From the IMG/VR virus record IMGVR_UViG_2651869749_000010, positions 1 through 37,428 of that record: 37,428 bases of DNA, one strand, 5' to 3'. The position numbers and the translations under genes are program-made. Position 1 is the stretch's first letter, and each line of letters begins with the position of its first letter. The notes under the pieces are model-generated. The model was not told where the DNA came from. It was given only the letters and a program-made list of their open reading frames with translations, and ran no database searches. The DNA comes from a virus. Taxonomy: Duplodnaviria; Heunggongvirae; Uroviricota; Caudoviricetes. Below, in pieces: positions 27,305-36,383 of the stretch.

Positions 27305-27904
27305 ATGCAAATTGGCTATATTCGTGTGTCAACAAACGACCAGAACACGGATTTACAACGCAATGCACTGAACTGCGCAGGATGTGAACTGATTTTTGAA
27401 GATAAAATCAGCGGAACGAAATCAACCAGACCGGGATTGAAAAAACTGCTCAGAACGCTATCAGAAGGAGATACGCTGGTTGTCTGGAAGCTGGACAGAC
27501 TGGGCAGAAGTATGAAACACCTGATCACGCTTATTGAGGAATTGCGGGAAAAAGGTGTTAATTTCCGTAGTCTGACGGACAGCATTGACACGTCAACACC
27601 CATGGGGCGTTTCTTTTTTCACGTCATGGGGGCTTTAGCCGAAATGGAACGTGAATTAATTGTAGAGCGTACACTGGCCGGGCTGGCAGCAGCACGCGCA
27701 CAAGGACGCATTGGCGGACGTCGCCCGAAGTTGACAAAAGAACAACACGAGCAAATAGCGAGGCTGATTAAAAACGGTCATGACAGGAAACAACTGGCGA
27801 TCATTTACGACATCGGCATATCGACGATTTATCGTTATCACCCTGTAGGCGATATACAGGCTGAAGAAACAACCAGACAGACTCAGGAAAATGAAAACCG
27901 CTAA
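27305..27904 (+). CDS. Serine DNA invertase (Hin/Gin/Cin/Pin family)
   Basis: MQIGYIRVSTNDQNTDLQRNAL...GDTLVVWKLDRLGRS...MGRFFFHVMGALAEMERELIVERT...GGRRPKL closely parallels recalled Hin; frame of 27176..27904, ATG 27305. Confidence 0.9.
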   Translation: MQIGYIRVSTNDQNTDLQRNALNCAGCELIFEDKISGTKSTRPGLKKLLRTLSEGDTLVVWKLDRLGRSMKHLITLIEELREKGVNFRSLTDSIDTSTPMGRFFFHVMGALAEMERELIVERTLAGLAAARAQGRIGGRRPKLTKEQHEQIARLIKNGHDRKQLAIIYDIGISTIYRYHPVGDIQAEETTRQTQENENR

Positions 27905-27915
27905 TCTGACCATTA

Positions 27916-27940
27916 GCGGTTTTGCGTTAATCAAAACAGC
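27916..27940. terminator. Hairpin between convergent invertase and tail gene U
   Basis: GCGGTTTTG-cgttaat-CAAAACAGC imperfect inverted repeat; no clear T-run. Confidence 0.3.
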
Positions 27941-28425
27941 CCTTTAACGGAGCTGGCCGCGCTGTTAAGAGATGATGTCACTTTATCTTTGAAGCCGGAC
28001 AGCATATCGCTGAACGATGAGGATTGCAGGCGCTCCCGCAAATCCTCATCACAGCGTTCAAGAGTCAGTGAAAATTCTATCTTTTTCGCCTTACCATAGC
28101 GATCAAACTCGGAACGGGTCGTATTCGTTTCAGTCAGTACATACATGCCGTAAATCTGCCCGACACCATCAATCAGAGGCCAGGGGCGTCCTGTATATGC
28201 CTGCGTGGTCAGCAACGAAAGCGACACTTCGCCACCTGTAATTTCAGGATAAAGCACGCCGGAAAGCACAATGCGATCATCACCTGCGCCGATATACTGC
28301 CAGCCTGCTGAACGGTTAACGCGTTCATTTTTCACATGCCGCCAGCTTTTGTTTTGCTGTAACTGCTGATGCGGCAGCGTGCGCAGCTCAAAAACAAACA
28401 TGCCGTAGATCATCATCATGGCCAT
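27931..28425 (-). CDS. U: Tail protein U (P2 gpU-like)
   Basis: MMMIYGMFVFELRT...VLSGVLYPEITGG parallels recalled P2 gpU. Confidence 0.8.
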   Translation of the reverse strand: MAMMMIYGMFVFELRTLPHQQLQQNKSWRHVKNERVNRSAGWQYIGAGDDRIVLSGVLYPEITGGEVSLSLLTTQAYTGRPWPLIDGVGQIYGMYVLTETNTTRSEFDRYGKAKKIEFSLTLERCDEDLRERLQSSSFSDMLSGFKDKVTSSLNSAASSVKGLF

Positions 28426-28431
28426 GACTCC

Positions 28432-31248
28432 TCAATCTTTATCGTAAAAACTGCCACGCCCGGCACGGGCGCGCCGTTCCATTTCTGCCCTAACCATTTC
28501 ACCGACCAGTTTCGCCAGTTCGCGGGGATTCTGTGTAACAATGTTATGCAGATGAACATGAATTTCACCGCCAAATCCGGAGGCAACAGGCTCCCGGTTA
28601 CGGGAAGTTGCAGGAGCTGATGCCACTGGCGATCGTATGGCCTCCGCCACCGGGCGGGAGCTGGCCGCAACAACAGGGACCAGCGCCGGAGGCAGCGGAG
28701 CCGGAACCACGGGTGTGATATTAATTGCGGGGGCAGGCTTACTGACCTGCGCAATCTTCCGCTCCTGCCACTCCCCACGAACAGCAAGTGCGCGGGGCAG
28801 GTTCTTAAAGACAATATCGCCGGGGCCAATGCGTTTTTTCGTCTCATCAACCAGCTTACCTGTGTTATCAGCAATTTTGCTGAGTCTGCGCAGCGTCCCG
28901 GTATTGCTGTCTGTGAGCGGTTTGTTGTCTTTGGGTTTATCACCTCCGGTGCCATTGCCATTTTCCACAGGCTTCGGCGGATTGATTTTCGCCAGGTCCC
29001 CCTGAAGTAAGGCAACCTTGTCCTGAAGAATGGCCGCACGCTGTGCGTCTTCGATTTTCTTGCGCGCCCTTTCCGCTTCATCCGGAAGGACGCCAAGTTT
29101 TTCAAGTATCCACGCCAGCGTATCCAGTAGCATTTTTGCAGGTGTCAGAACAAGTTGTAACGCACCGCCAAGAACGTTACCGAATATCTCGCCAGCACTG
29201 GTACATTTATCCAGCGTTTCCTTGCTGGACTCCATCGGTGACAACAGCGATTTAAACCAGTTAAACACCTGGCTGATCCCGCTTCCGATTGCGTCAAAAA
29301 CAGGACCAAACCGTTCAAAGGTTTCGCGCAACGGGGTCAGCCTTTCCATAATCCCGCTGAACACCCCGGCAAAAAATGCCCTGATGGGATCCCAGTATTT
29401 CCAGATGAGAACGGCAGCTCCGGCAAGCGCAGCCACGATAAGACCGACCGGACTGAACAACGCCCCGATAGCGCCCCCCAGTAACGAAACGGAACCCGTC
29501 ACCATTCCCCATAGTGCTGGCAGGAGTCTGACAGCATTCATTGAACCGGTCAGGAGGGAAAAGCCAAGACGCAGTTTTGCCAGCGGGCCAGCAAGCACAC
29601 CAATAGCCAGCGACAACGAGCCAACCGTTGCAGTCATTGCCAGCAACGCACCGCCTGCTATCAGTAGCTGGCGCGTCAGTACCGGATGGGCCTGCGCCAG
29701 CGAGGTGATTTTTTCAAGCACCCGCGTGAGCCACTGCGTGACAGAACGCAGCGGACCGTCAACCAGATCACTGATGCGAATACGAAGACCTTCCCATGCG
29801 CTGTCGAGATTTTTCAGGTCCCCATCAAGATTATCGGCCATTACTTTTGCGACGCGATCGGCCTCTCCCCTTGCCCCCTGCAATTCTCTGGTCAGTTTTT
29901 GCAGCTCTCCTGAACCAGCCGCAGCAACAAGCGTCTGCAAACCAACGAACGCCTCTTCTCCGGCGATGTCCTTGAAGAAGGAAACCTGGTCCACCTGTCC
30001 GTATTTTTGTGTCGCCTTATAGAGATCAAGCAGCACATCCTCCATCGGGCGCATTTTGCCTCTGGCGTCAGCAACTGACACCCCCAGCTCTTTCAGCGCA
30101 TCAGCCGCAGCTTTTGGCGGTGATGCAAGGCGGGACAGACTTGCGCGCATGGCCGTACCAGCATCGCTTCCACGAAGACCATTATTGGCAAGCATCCCGG
30201 CCATGGCCGCCGCTTCTTCAAGACTGATACCAAGTTTTGCGGCAACCGGACCGGTATACTTCATGGTTTCGCCCAGCGCGCGTAAATCAGTATTGGTCCG
30301 GGTGAATGCCGCTGTCAGCGTATCGCCAACCCGGTCCATTTGATCGGCTGTCAGGTTGAACTGTGTGAGGATATTGGAGCCTATATCCGCCGTCTCGCCG
30401 AGTTCGACGCCACCTGCCAGCGCCATATTAAGAACACCGGGCAATGCGGCCTGAATGGCCTGCGGAGTAAAACCAGCCATTGCCAGAAAGCTCTGCCCAC
30501 TGGCGGCATCACTCGCAGTAAACTGTGTTTCAGAGCCAAGTTTTAACGCCTGCTCACGCAGCGCCTTAAACTGCGGGCTGTTTTTGTCGATTCGCGTCAG
30601 TGCCTGAACGCGGGACATCTCTTTGCCGAACCCGATCGCAGGCTGCAAAAAACGCCCGGCAGCATAGCCGCCCGCCGCTGCCGCACCAATTGCCAGCGCA
30701 CCACCTGTTTTCAGTTTTCCCGCGGTTTCCTGCGCGCGCGAATACCGCTCACGCGCCCGCGTTACACGCGCAAGCGCCTGCCGTTCGCGTTCAAGCTGGT
30801 TGTTGTACTGTTCGGTGCGTCTGATGGCCTGCTGGATGGTGTTATCGCTGCCTGTCAGGGAAATGCCGTGGCGTTTCAGCTCTCCGCCAAGCTCCCGCAT
30901 TTTCTGAATTTCCCGTGTGCGCGATTCATTCAGGCGTTCAAGCCGGGTGCTTAACTGCTGCATCAGCTTTTGTTGTTTTTCGCTGAGCACTGTACCCGTG
31001 CGTTGTAACTGATTAAGGGCGTTAAGCTGGCGTCGTGCTTTCACGATACCCGCATCCGCTTTACTGACAGCGTCGCGGGCGCGCTCAAATGATCGCGCCT
31101 GACGCTCGAGATTTTTGATCGCCCCCTGCGTTCGCTGGATGGAGTCACCAAACTGCCCCATCAGGCGGCGGGCGTTTTCGGCAGGCCGGGTCAGCCTGTC
31201 AACGGCGCTGAAAGCGACCCGGATATCAAGAGTCTTCATTGTCTGCAT
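28432..31248 (-). CDS. T: Tail tape measure protein (P2 gpT-like)
   Basis: 938-aa ORF, coiled-coil-rich N-terminus, Gly/Ala-rich hydrophobic central segments; position. Confidence 0.85.
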   Translation of the reverse strand: MQTMKTLDIRVAFSAVDRLTRPAENARRLMGQFGDSIQRTQGAIKNLERQARSFERARDAVSKADAGIVKARRQLNALNQLQRTGTVLSEKQQKLMQQLSTRLERLNESRTREIQKMRELGGELKRHGISLTGSDNTIQQAIRRTEQYNNQLERERQALARVTRARERYSRAQETAGKLKTGGALAIGAAAAGGYAAGRFLQPAIGFGKEMSRVQALTRIDKNSPQFKALREQALKLGSETQFTASDAASGQSFLAMAGFTPQAIQAALPGVLNMALAGGVELGETADIGSNILTQFNLTADQMDRVGDTLTAAFTRTNTDLRALGETMKYTGPVAAKLGISLEEAAAMAGMLANNGLRGSDAGTAMRASLSRLASPPKAAADALKELGVSVADARGKMRPMEDVLLDLYKATQKYGQVDQVSFFKDIAGEEAFVGLQTLVAAAGSGELQKLTRELQGARGEADRVAKVMADNLDGDLKNLDSAWEGLRIRISDLVDGPLRSVTQWLTRVLEKITSLAQAHPVLTRQLLIAGGALLAMTATVGSLSLAIGVLAGPLAKLRLGFSLLTGSMNAVRLLPALWGMVTGSVSLLGGAIGALFSPVGLIVAALAGAAVLIWKYWDPIRAFFAGVFSGIMERLTPLRETFERFGPVFDAIGSGISQVFNWFKSLLSPMESSKETLDKCTSAGEIFGNVLGGALQLVLTPAKMLLDTLAWILEKLGVLPDEAERARKKIEDAQRAAILQDKVALLQGDLAKINPPKPVENGNGTGGDKPKDNKPLTDSNTGTLRRLSKIADNTGKLVDETKKRIGPGDIVFKNLPRALAVRGEWQERKIAQVSKPAPAINITPVVPAPLPPALVPVVAASSRPVAEAIRSPVASAPATSRNREPVASGFGGEIHVHLHNIVTQNPRELAKLVGEMVRAEMERRARAGRGSFYDKD

Positions 31249-31494
31249 TCCCGCTGCGAAGTGCCGCCCGCTCGCGCCAGCTAACCACTTCGCCGGGCGT
31301 CATCATGAAGATTTCGGCGGGCGACCAGTTAAAAATGGCGGCAATATCCGCCACCAGATCTTCGATGTGCTCAAAGCACACCAGGGTGATTACGCTGCCG
31401 TCTCCTGCACGCTCTTCGCGCCAGAGTCTGGCTCGCTCATAAAATTTACAGCCACAGCGCACAACCGAATAAAATCGCGTGACGACATTTTTTT
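31226..31494 (-). other. E' extension reached by programmed -1 frameshift; slippery A7 run at 31488-31494
   Basis: Minus-strand codons ATT AAA AAA ATG at the run; -1 frame stays open from the run to stop at 31226, by manual codon walk. Confidence 0.5.
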
Positions 31495-31764
31495 AATCAT
31501 CACTTCATCCAGTCGTGGCGAGGTCACGCGAGGCAACAGCGTGAACATGGTATCCGCTTTCAGATTCAGCACATCAGACAGCGACAGACCACGCAGGGAT
31601 CCCGCCTGCTCAATAGCCCCGGTGATCTCCACATATGTGATTTTTTCGCCACCACGCTCAATTGGCCGGGAAAGTTTTACACCACGTTCGACAGCCATAT
31701 CCTCACCTGCCGTCACATCATCCGCTACGGTGTTATTCCGGGTTTCAGTATCGATATCTTTCAT
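31390..31764 (-). CDS. E: Tail assembly chaperone E (zero-frame product)
   Basis: 124-aa ORF upstream of tape measure gene; overlapping -1 frame ORF downstream. Confidence 0.7.
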   Translation of the reverse strand: MKDIDTETRNNTVADDVTAGEDMAVERGVKLSRPIERGGEKITYVEITGAIEQAGSLRGLSLSDVLNLKADTMFTLLPRVTSPRLDEVMIKKMSSRDFIRLCAVAVNFMSEPDSGAKSVQETAA

Positions 31765-31819
31765 CAGTTGTCTCCTTTTCAGTCAGAGGCGACGCACTGC
31801 GCCGCCTGCATATTACTTA

Positions 31820-32332
31820 TCAGCCAAGCCCAAGCGCGGAACGAATGCGGTCAGGCACAATGTCCTTGCCGTCCTTCCGGTAGATGTGGTTCAACAGGTC
31901 GATTTCCAACAGCGGGCGATCGTTAACGCTCAGCTTGTAGTAGGTGTTTTTGACAGCGTAAGTGTGTGATGTGGCTTCGCCCTGTTTGGCCTCCCCCATA
32001 TCAATTTCCGTCACACGCCCGCGCATCTCGATTTCATACAGATCGCTTTCTGCATCGGTGTAGTATTCACCCGCAAAACGCAGCAGCGTGCCGTCAATCG
32101 TGCCGCCATATTTAAGGAACAGCGCACGAACAGCTCCCCCCATAACAAAACTCGCATCAAGCGCGGAGTCGTCCAGACCGAGATCAATACTTACCGCCCC
32201 CATCATGCCACCACCACGATAGCTGTCGGTTTTGCGCGTCAGTTTGGGCGGCGTGACGGACGTCACCTTACCCACTTCGTTTTCACCATCCACAAACAGC
32301 GTAAAAAAGCGAAGATGTTTTGGTACAGCCAT
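31820..32332 (-). CDS. Tail tube protein (P2 gpFII-like)
   Basis: 170-aa ORF directly downstream of the sheath gene; size and position. Confidence 0.8.
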   Translation of the reverse strand: MAVPKHLRFFTLFVDGENEVGKVTSVTPPKLTRKTDSYRGGGMMGAVSIDLGLDDSALDASFVMGGAVRALFLKYGGTIDGTLLRFAGEYYTDAESDLYEIEMRGRVTEIDMGEAKQGEATSHTYAVKNTYYKLSVNDRPLLEIDLLNHIYRKDGKDIVPDRIRSALGLG

Positions 32333-33516
32333 CAGGCACCTCCCAGCACCGCAAATGCGGGACCAAAGAATTCATCAGTAAACGACTGGTAAAGCTCCAT
32401 GTCTTCCAGCGGGGGAACAGGCGTATATTTGTAGCGAATACGCACGCGCCCCTGACGTAAATTCGTGGTGCCGTTATCCACCACGTCATACCAGCACGAC
32501 GCCCCAATCAGTTTCCCGGCAGTAACCAGTGAATCCAGTTTTGCCCTGATGGCACTGATAACATCTTTCACGTTCGCAGGCGTCAGTGGACTGTCGATGG
32601 TTTCAAACTGCGCTTCCGCAATTGAATCAGCCAGCACCTGTGCGGTTCGGGTATACACCTCAAAGATGTAGGCGTTCGTTTCCGGTGTGCGGTTGCCCCA
32701 GAAGCGGAACCCGTTGCGACGAATAATGGTCGTGATTTCTTTGTTGTTGAGGCTATTGGCATCGCTGTCTTCGGCCTGCAACGACCAGAACACATGCCTG
32801 GACATCCCCAGCACATTTTTAACCGGAACGTTGGACAGTGATTTGTGCCATCCCTGCTCATGGTCAATGTACGCACGAAGGCCGCACGCATAGGCAGGCG
32901 CGGGGAACGTTTCGTTTTTGCCACTTTTCGGGTTGTAGGCGATGAAGTCCGGCCATAAGAGCATCACCTCACGTTCGTTGAATTTCTGGCGGTAGGTAAT
33001 CGCCTCAGCCATCGTGTTACAGCCGTGACATGAGGCATACACAAACGCGCGCAGTTTACCCGCAATCACGCACAGGGATTTTGTCACCGCCTCCGTGTCC
33101 AGCTCCGGCGCGGCCAGAATACGCGGACGGTATCCGATGCTTTCATCCTGCTCTGCAACAAGCAGCGCATACATCCCCGTATAGCTGCCGTCAGATTCAG
33201 AACCACCGATAACCAGTTGATCCTGCGTCTTTCCGTCTTCTTCTTTGTGTTCAGCCACGCGAACGACGATCACCTTTGTGCTCACCTGGTCTGCGATGGC
33301 CTTAAGCGCACGATAAAGCGTCCCCGTTGTCCCGCATTTTCCCAGCACGTCATTGACGCGGGTCAGCAGTGTGGGCTTGTTCAGCGGGAACAGCTTCGCG
33401 TCCGCATCATCCGCCGTTGCCACGATACCGATAACGCTGGAATCAACATCGTTAATCGCTGTTACCAGGTCGGTATTTTCCGTAACACGGGCACCATGAA
33501 AACGAGTTTCACTCAT
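32332..33516 (-). CDS. Tail sheath protein (P2 gpFI-like)
   Basis: 394-aa ORF; size and position; first gene of the tail operon. Confidence 0.85.
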   Translation of the reverse strand: MSETRFHGARVTENTDLVTAINDVDSSVIGIVATADDADAKLFPLNKPTLLTRVNDVLGKCGTTGTLYRALKAIADQVSTKVIVVRVAEHKEEDGKTQDQLVIGGSESDGSYTGMYALLVAEQDESIGYRPRILAAPELDTEAVTKSLCVIAGKLRAFVYASCHGCNTMAEAITYRQKFNEREVMLLWPDFIAYNPKSGKNETFPAPAYACGLRAYIDHEQGWHKSLSNVPVKNVLGMSRHVFWSLQAEDSDANSLNNKEITTIIRRNGFRFWGNRTPETNAYIFEVYTRTAQVLADSIAEAQFETIDSPLTPANVKDVISAIRAKLDSLVTAGKLIGASCWYDVVDNGTTNLRQGRVRIRYKYTPVPPLEDMELYQSFTDEFFGPAFAVLGGA

Positions 33517-33673
33517 AGCTTTAGCCCCTTGTATCCGTTAAATGATTCGGCAACAATCATCACCCACCACGCGCGTAATCTCACCCCTGTGCCGTTCTCC
33601 CGATCCGGCGACAACAAAAAGCAGTAACCCCCTCCGCACGCACATGCGACCATGCCGCACAGGGAGGGAACAG

Positions 33674-34783
33674 ATGACCGATACCACCATGCAATTGCTC
33701 AGTCAGGGCACAGACCCCGTGAAAATGCCGGATTTTGATATTCTCGCGGAGGGTAAAACGCTGTCAGGCGTGGCAGAGCGCCTGATGAGCCTGTCACTGA
33801 CCGACAACCGGGGATTTGACGCGGACCAGCTCACCATCACGCTGGATGATGCGGATTGTCAGTTGCAGCTACCGCCACGGGGCGCGCGCCTGACGGTTCT
33901 CATTGGCTGGAAAGGAGAACCGCTGACAGAAAAAGGCACTTACATTGTTGATGAAATCGCTCACGAAGGACCGCCGGACAGGCTGACTGTTTCAGCCAGA
34001 AGCGCAGATTTTCGGGATGAATTTAACGTTAAACGTGAGGTGTCCTGGCATGATGTGACCGTTGAGCGTGTGGTATCCGCCATCGCTCATCGGTATGGTC
34101 TGAAACCGCAAATCAGCGAAATGCTGATGGATATCGAAATCGACCACGCCGACCAGACCGAAGAAAGCGACATGTCCTTCCTTACGCGCATGGCGGAAAT
34201 GCTGGGCGCAATCACCACGGTAAAAAGCGGTAATCTGTTATTCATTATGCCAGGCGGTGGCGTGAACGCACAGGGCCAGCCGTTGCCATCGTTCGCCATC
34301 ACGCGCAGCAGTGGCGATCGCCATCAGTTCCGCATTGCTGACCGCGAAGCGTATACGGGGGTACGCGCTTACTGGCTTGATCTTAATTACGGGAAAAAGA
34401 AAAAAGTCAGCGTGAAACACCGCAAACCGCCAAAACCCAAAAAGGAGAAAAGCAGCAGCCGTGAAGGTGATTATATGGAAGGCGCGGAAGGCAATGTGTT
34501 TGTGTTACGCAAGACTTATCAGAACGAGCAGGCAGCAAGACGCGCAGCGGCGGCAAAGTGGCAGCAGCTACAACGCGGAGCCGCATCATTCTCCATCACG
34601 CTGGCATGTGGTCGTGCAGAACTCTACCCCGAAATGCATGGCACGGTAACAGGATTTAAAAGCGAGATTGATAATCAGGACTGGATTATTGCAAAAGCCG
34701 AGCACACCATCGATAACAGCGGCTTTACCACGCAGCTTGAGCTTGAGGCAAAAATCTCGGAATGGATAGCAGAAACAGAGTGA
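33674..34783 (+). CDS. D: Tail protein D (phage late control D family)
   Basis: Frame 33542..34783, ATG 33674 with GGAGGGAA RBS; size and position immediately before ogr. Confidence 0.75.
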   Translation: MTDTTMQLLSQGTDPVKMPDFDILAEGKTLSGVAERLMSLSLTDNRGFDADQLTITLDDADCQLQLPPRGARLTVLIGWKGEPLTEKGTYIVDEIAHEGPPDRLTVSARSADFRDEFNVKREVSWHDVTVERVVSAIAHRYGLKPQISEMLMDIEIDHADQTEESDMSFLTRMAEMLGAITTVKSGNLLFIMPGGGVNAQGQPLPSFAITRSSGDRHQFRIADREAYTGVRAYWLDLNYGKKKKVSVKHRKPPKPKKEKSSSREGDYMEGAEGNVFVLRKTYQNEQAARRAAAAKWQQLQRGAASFSITLACGRAELYPEMHGTVTGFKSEIDNQDWIIAKAEHTIDNSGFTTQLELEAKISEWIAETE

Positions 34784-34825
34784 GCAACTTAGAATAGCAG
34801 CAGCACCACGTTAAGGGAGGTCGCT

Positions 34826-35086
34826 ATGTTCCGTTGTCCGCTTTGTGGCGCATCTGCCCGTATCCGCACCAGTCGTCCGGAAAATGATTCAAACACCGTG
34901 CGGCAAAAGTATTACCAGTGTAACAACCTGGAATGCGGCGTATGCTTCTCAACACTGGAAGCTTTCCATAAATTCACATCAAAACACACCTCCGGCGTTC
35001 ACTCTTCAGAAGGTATCCCGTGGCATGAGCTGCCAGCTTCACACAGGGGAAACAATCAGATGAGTTTGCCTTTACCTCAGAATTAA
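34826..35086 (+). CDS. ogr: Ogr/Delta-type zinc-finger late transcription activator
   Basis: MFRCPLCGASARIRTSR...YYQCNNLECGVCF parallels P2 Ogr MFHCPLC...RTSR...YHQCQNVNC. Confidence 0.85.
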   Translation: MFRCPLCGASARIRTSRPENDSNTVRQKYYQCNNLECGVCFSTLEAFHKFTSKHTSGVHSSEGIPWHELPASHRGNNQMSLPLPQN

Positions 35087-35277
35087 CAGGCAGAATTGCC
35101 GGAGTAACAAAAAAGCGATAGATTACGCGCGGGTGCCTTTCGGCTGATGGTCGGAGGGAATACCCGAAGGCCAGATGTGGAAAGGCCCCGGAAAACATTT
35201 CTGTTTAACCGAGGCCCTAACATATCTACCTTAAGCAAGTGATAGGTTAGCGCCTCTCCAACAAAGGAGCAAGCGCT

Positions 35278-35418
35278 ATGTCGCAAAAATCGCTTACGGC
35301 CATCACATTCTGCGTGACGGTAATCCTCATCATCTGGATGCTACACGGTTCGCTGTGTGAAATACGGATGAGCTTCTGGGGAGCGGAGTTTGCGGCGTTC
35401 TTACAGTGTAAGCAGTAA
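35278..35418 (+). CDS. Hok/Gef-family type I toxin (46 aa)
   Basis: MSQKSLTAITFCVTVILIIWMLHGSLCEIRMSFWGAEFAAFLQCKQ: N-terminal TM helix plus SLCEIR and E.AAF blocks shared with Hok (SLCEIR...EVAAF); AGGAG RBS 8 nt upstream; not in ORF track (below size cutoff). Confidence 0.7.
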   Translation: MSQKSLTAITFCVTVILIIWMLHGSLCEIRMSFWGAEFAAFLQCKQ

Positions 35419-35506
35419 GGAAACCGCGACGGGGGAGCAATCCCCCGTCAATCGGTTGCTAAGGTTGGCTGAAGTGGCACCCTATCTCACAGACATGAAC
35501 AACAAA

Positions 35507-35538
35507 CCCGCAGCGTAAGAACTGCGGGTTTTCTTTTT
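35507..35538 (+). terminator. Rho-independent terminator downstream of the hok-like gene
   Basis: CCCGCAG-cgtaagaa-CTGCGGG followed by TTTTCTTTTT. Confidence 0.6.
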
Positions 35539-35606
35539 GGAACTATCACTAGCTAGTGTACCGTTAACGGCACATAATGCTCGCACAACAAACCTGTTAA
35601 AAGAGA

Positions 35607-35888
35607 TTACTCAGCATTCTCCTGCTTCCATTGCCGGATCATTTCATCGGTAACATCACCCTCATAACATACCACGTCATACCCTCCATTACGGCTATAT
35701 GCACTGCGTCCACCACATCTACTACCATTCCTTGCATGATTATAAGGACACGCACAATTGCCTGGATAAGATTCAATGGATTCTTTAATTATTTCTTTTT
35801 TGATCTGAGCATCAGACTTTCCTGTTGCTGCATATCCGCTAAAAGATACTAAACAAAGGCAGATTGCCATTAATAAACCACATCGCAT
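35607..35888 (-). CDS. Small secreted cysteine-rich protein (hypothetical)
   Basis: Frame 35607..36002; start placed at ATG 35888 giving signal-peptide-like N-terminus MRCGLLMAICLCLVSFSGYAA; 6 Cys in mature part. Confidence 0.5.
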   Translation of the reverse strand: MRCGLLMAICLCLVSFSGYAATGKSDAQIKKEIIKESIESYPGNCACPYNHARNGSRCGGRSAYSRNGGYDVVCYEGDVTDEMIRQWKQENAE

Positions 35889-36119
35889 ACCGATACACTC
35901 TATTACTAACCAATCATAGCCCACATCATAAAATCGAGATGAGGAGTACAATACCTTTAACAAGAAGGTGTCATAACGATAATATGTCGTGCAATTCATC
36001 AAAAAAAAGATCTATATCAAAGAGATAGAACTCTTATCAGTGCTTCAGACATCGGCATTCGAGGCAGCAGAAAAACAGTAAATCTGACGAATTTGCCTTT
36101 TCCCAAGATGTTGTCAGAT

Positions 36120-36300
36120 TAAAAAGATAGATTAGCGCAGGTACCTGTTGGTGGATTGCAGGAGGAAAAATGAAGTCGAGTGGAAAAATCCCAGAAAAAT
36201 TTTTGTTTAACAGAGGTCCTGGTTCACTATGCGAAATACGGAGGAGCTGCAGAAGAATTCTGCTTCATCCTTAGAGTTTAAACAGCACGTGCACTACCAT
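36120..36300 (+). pseudogene. Degenerate hok-like locus remnant (leader homology retained, toxin N-terminus/TM missing)
   Basis: ~75% identity by eye to the 35108-35215 leader and to the hok 3' part (cgaaatacgg...), but ~140 bp including start codon and TM region absent. Confidence 0.4.
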
Positions 36301-36351
36301 TGTTTCTGCATATCGCCACACCATCGCCACTCAACCGCCATTGCACAAAAT

Positions 36352-36383
36352 ACAAATACAAAAAAACCACCCGAAGGTGGTTT
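36352..36383 (-). terminator. Rho-independent terminator of the tRNA operon
   Basis: Minus-strand hairpin ACCACC-ttcg-GGTGGT followed by U-run. Confidence 0.6.

Noticed and set aside
26706-27387. Short plus-strand ORFs (26706..26909, 27178..27387) and the upstream extension of the invertase ORF (27176..27304)
   Set aside because: They lie over the repeated crossover segments; the invertase begins at ATG 27305 by alignment with Hin/Gin N-termini.
27305-27904. Invertase considered as the resolvase of a Tn3-type transposon
   Set aside because: No transposase gene or transposon inverted repeats nearby; it is adjacent to inverted tail-fibre cassettes with hix/gix-like sites and has a Hin-like sequence.
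28637-30824. Plus-strand ORFs (up to 330 aa) inside the tape measure gene
   Set aside because: Antisense to the 938-aa tape measure ORF; Ser/Ala/Pro-rich composition consistent with frame artefacts.
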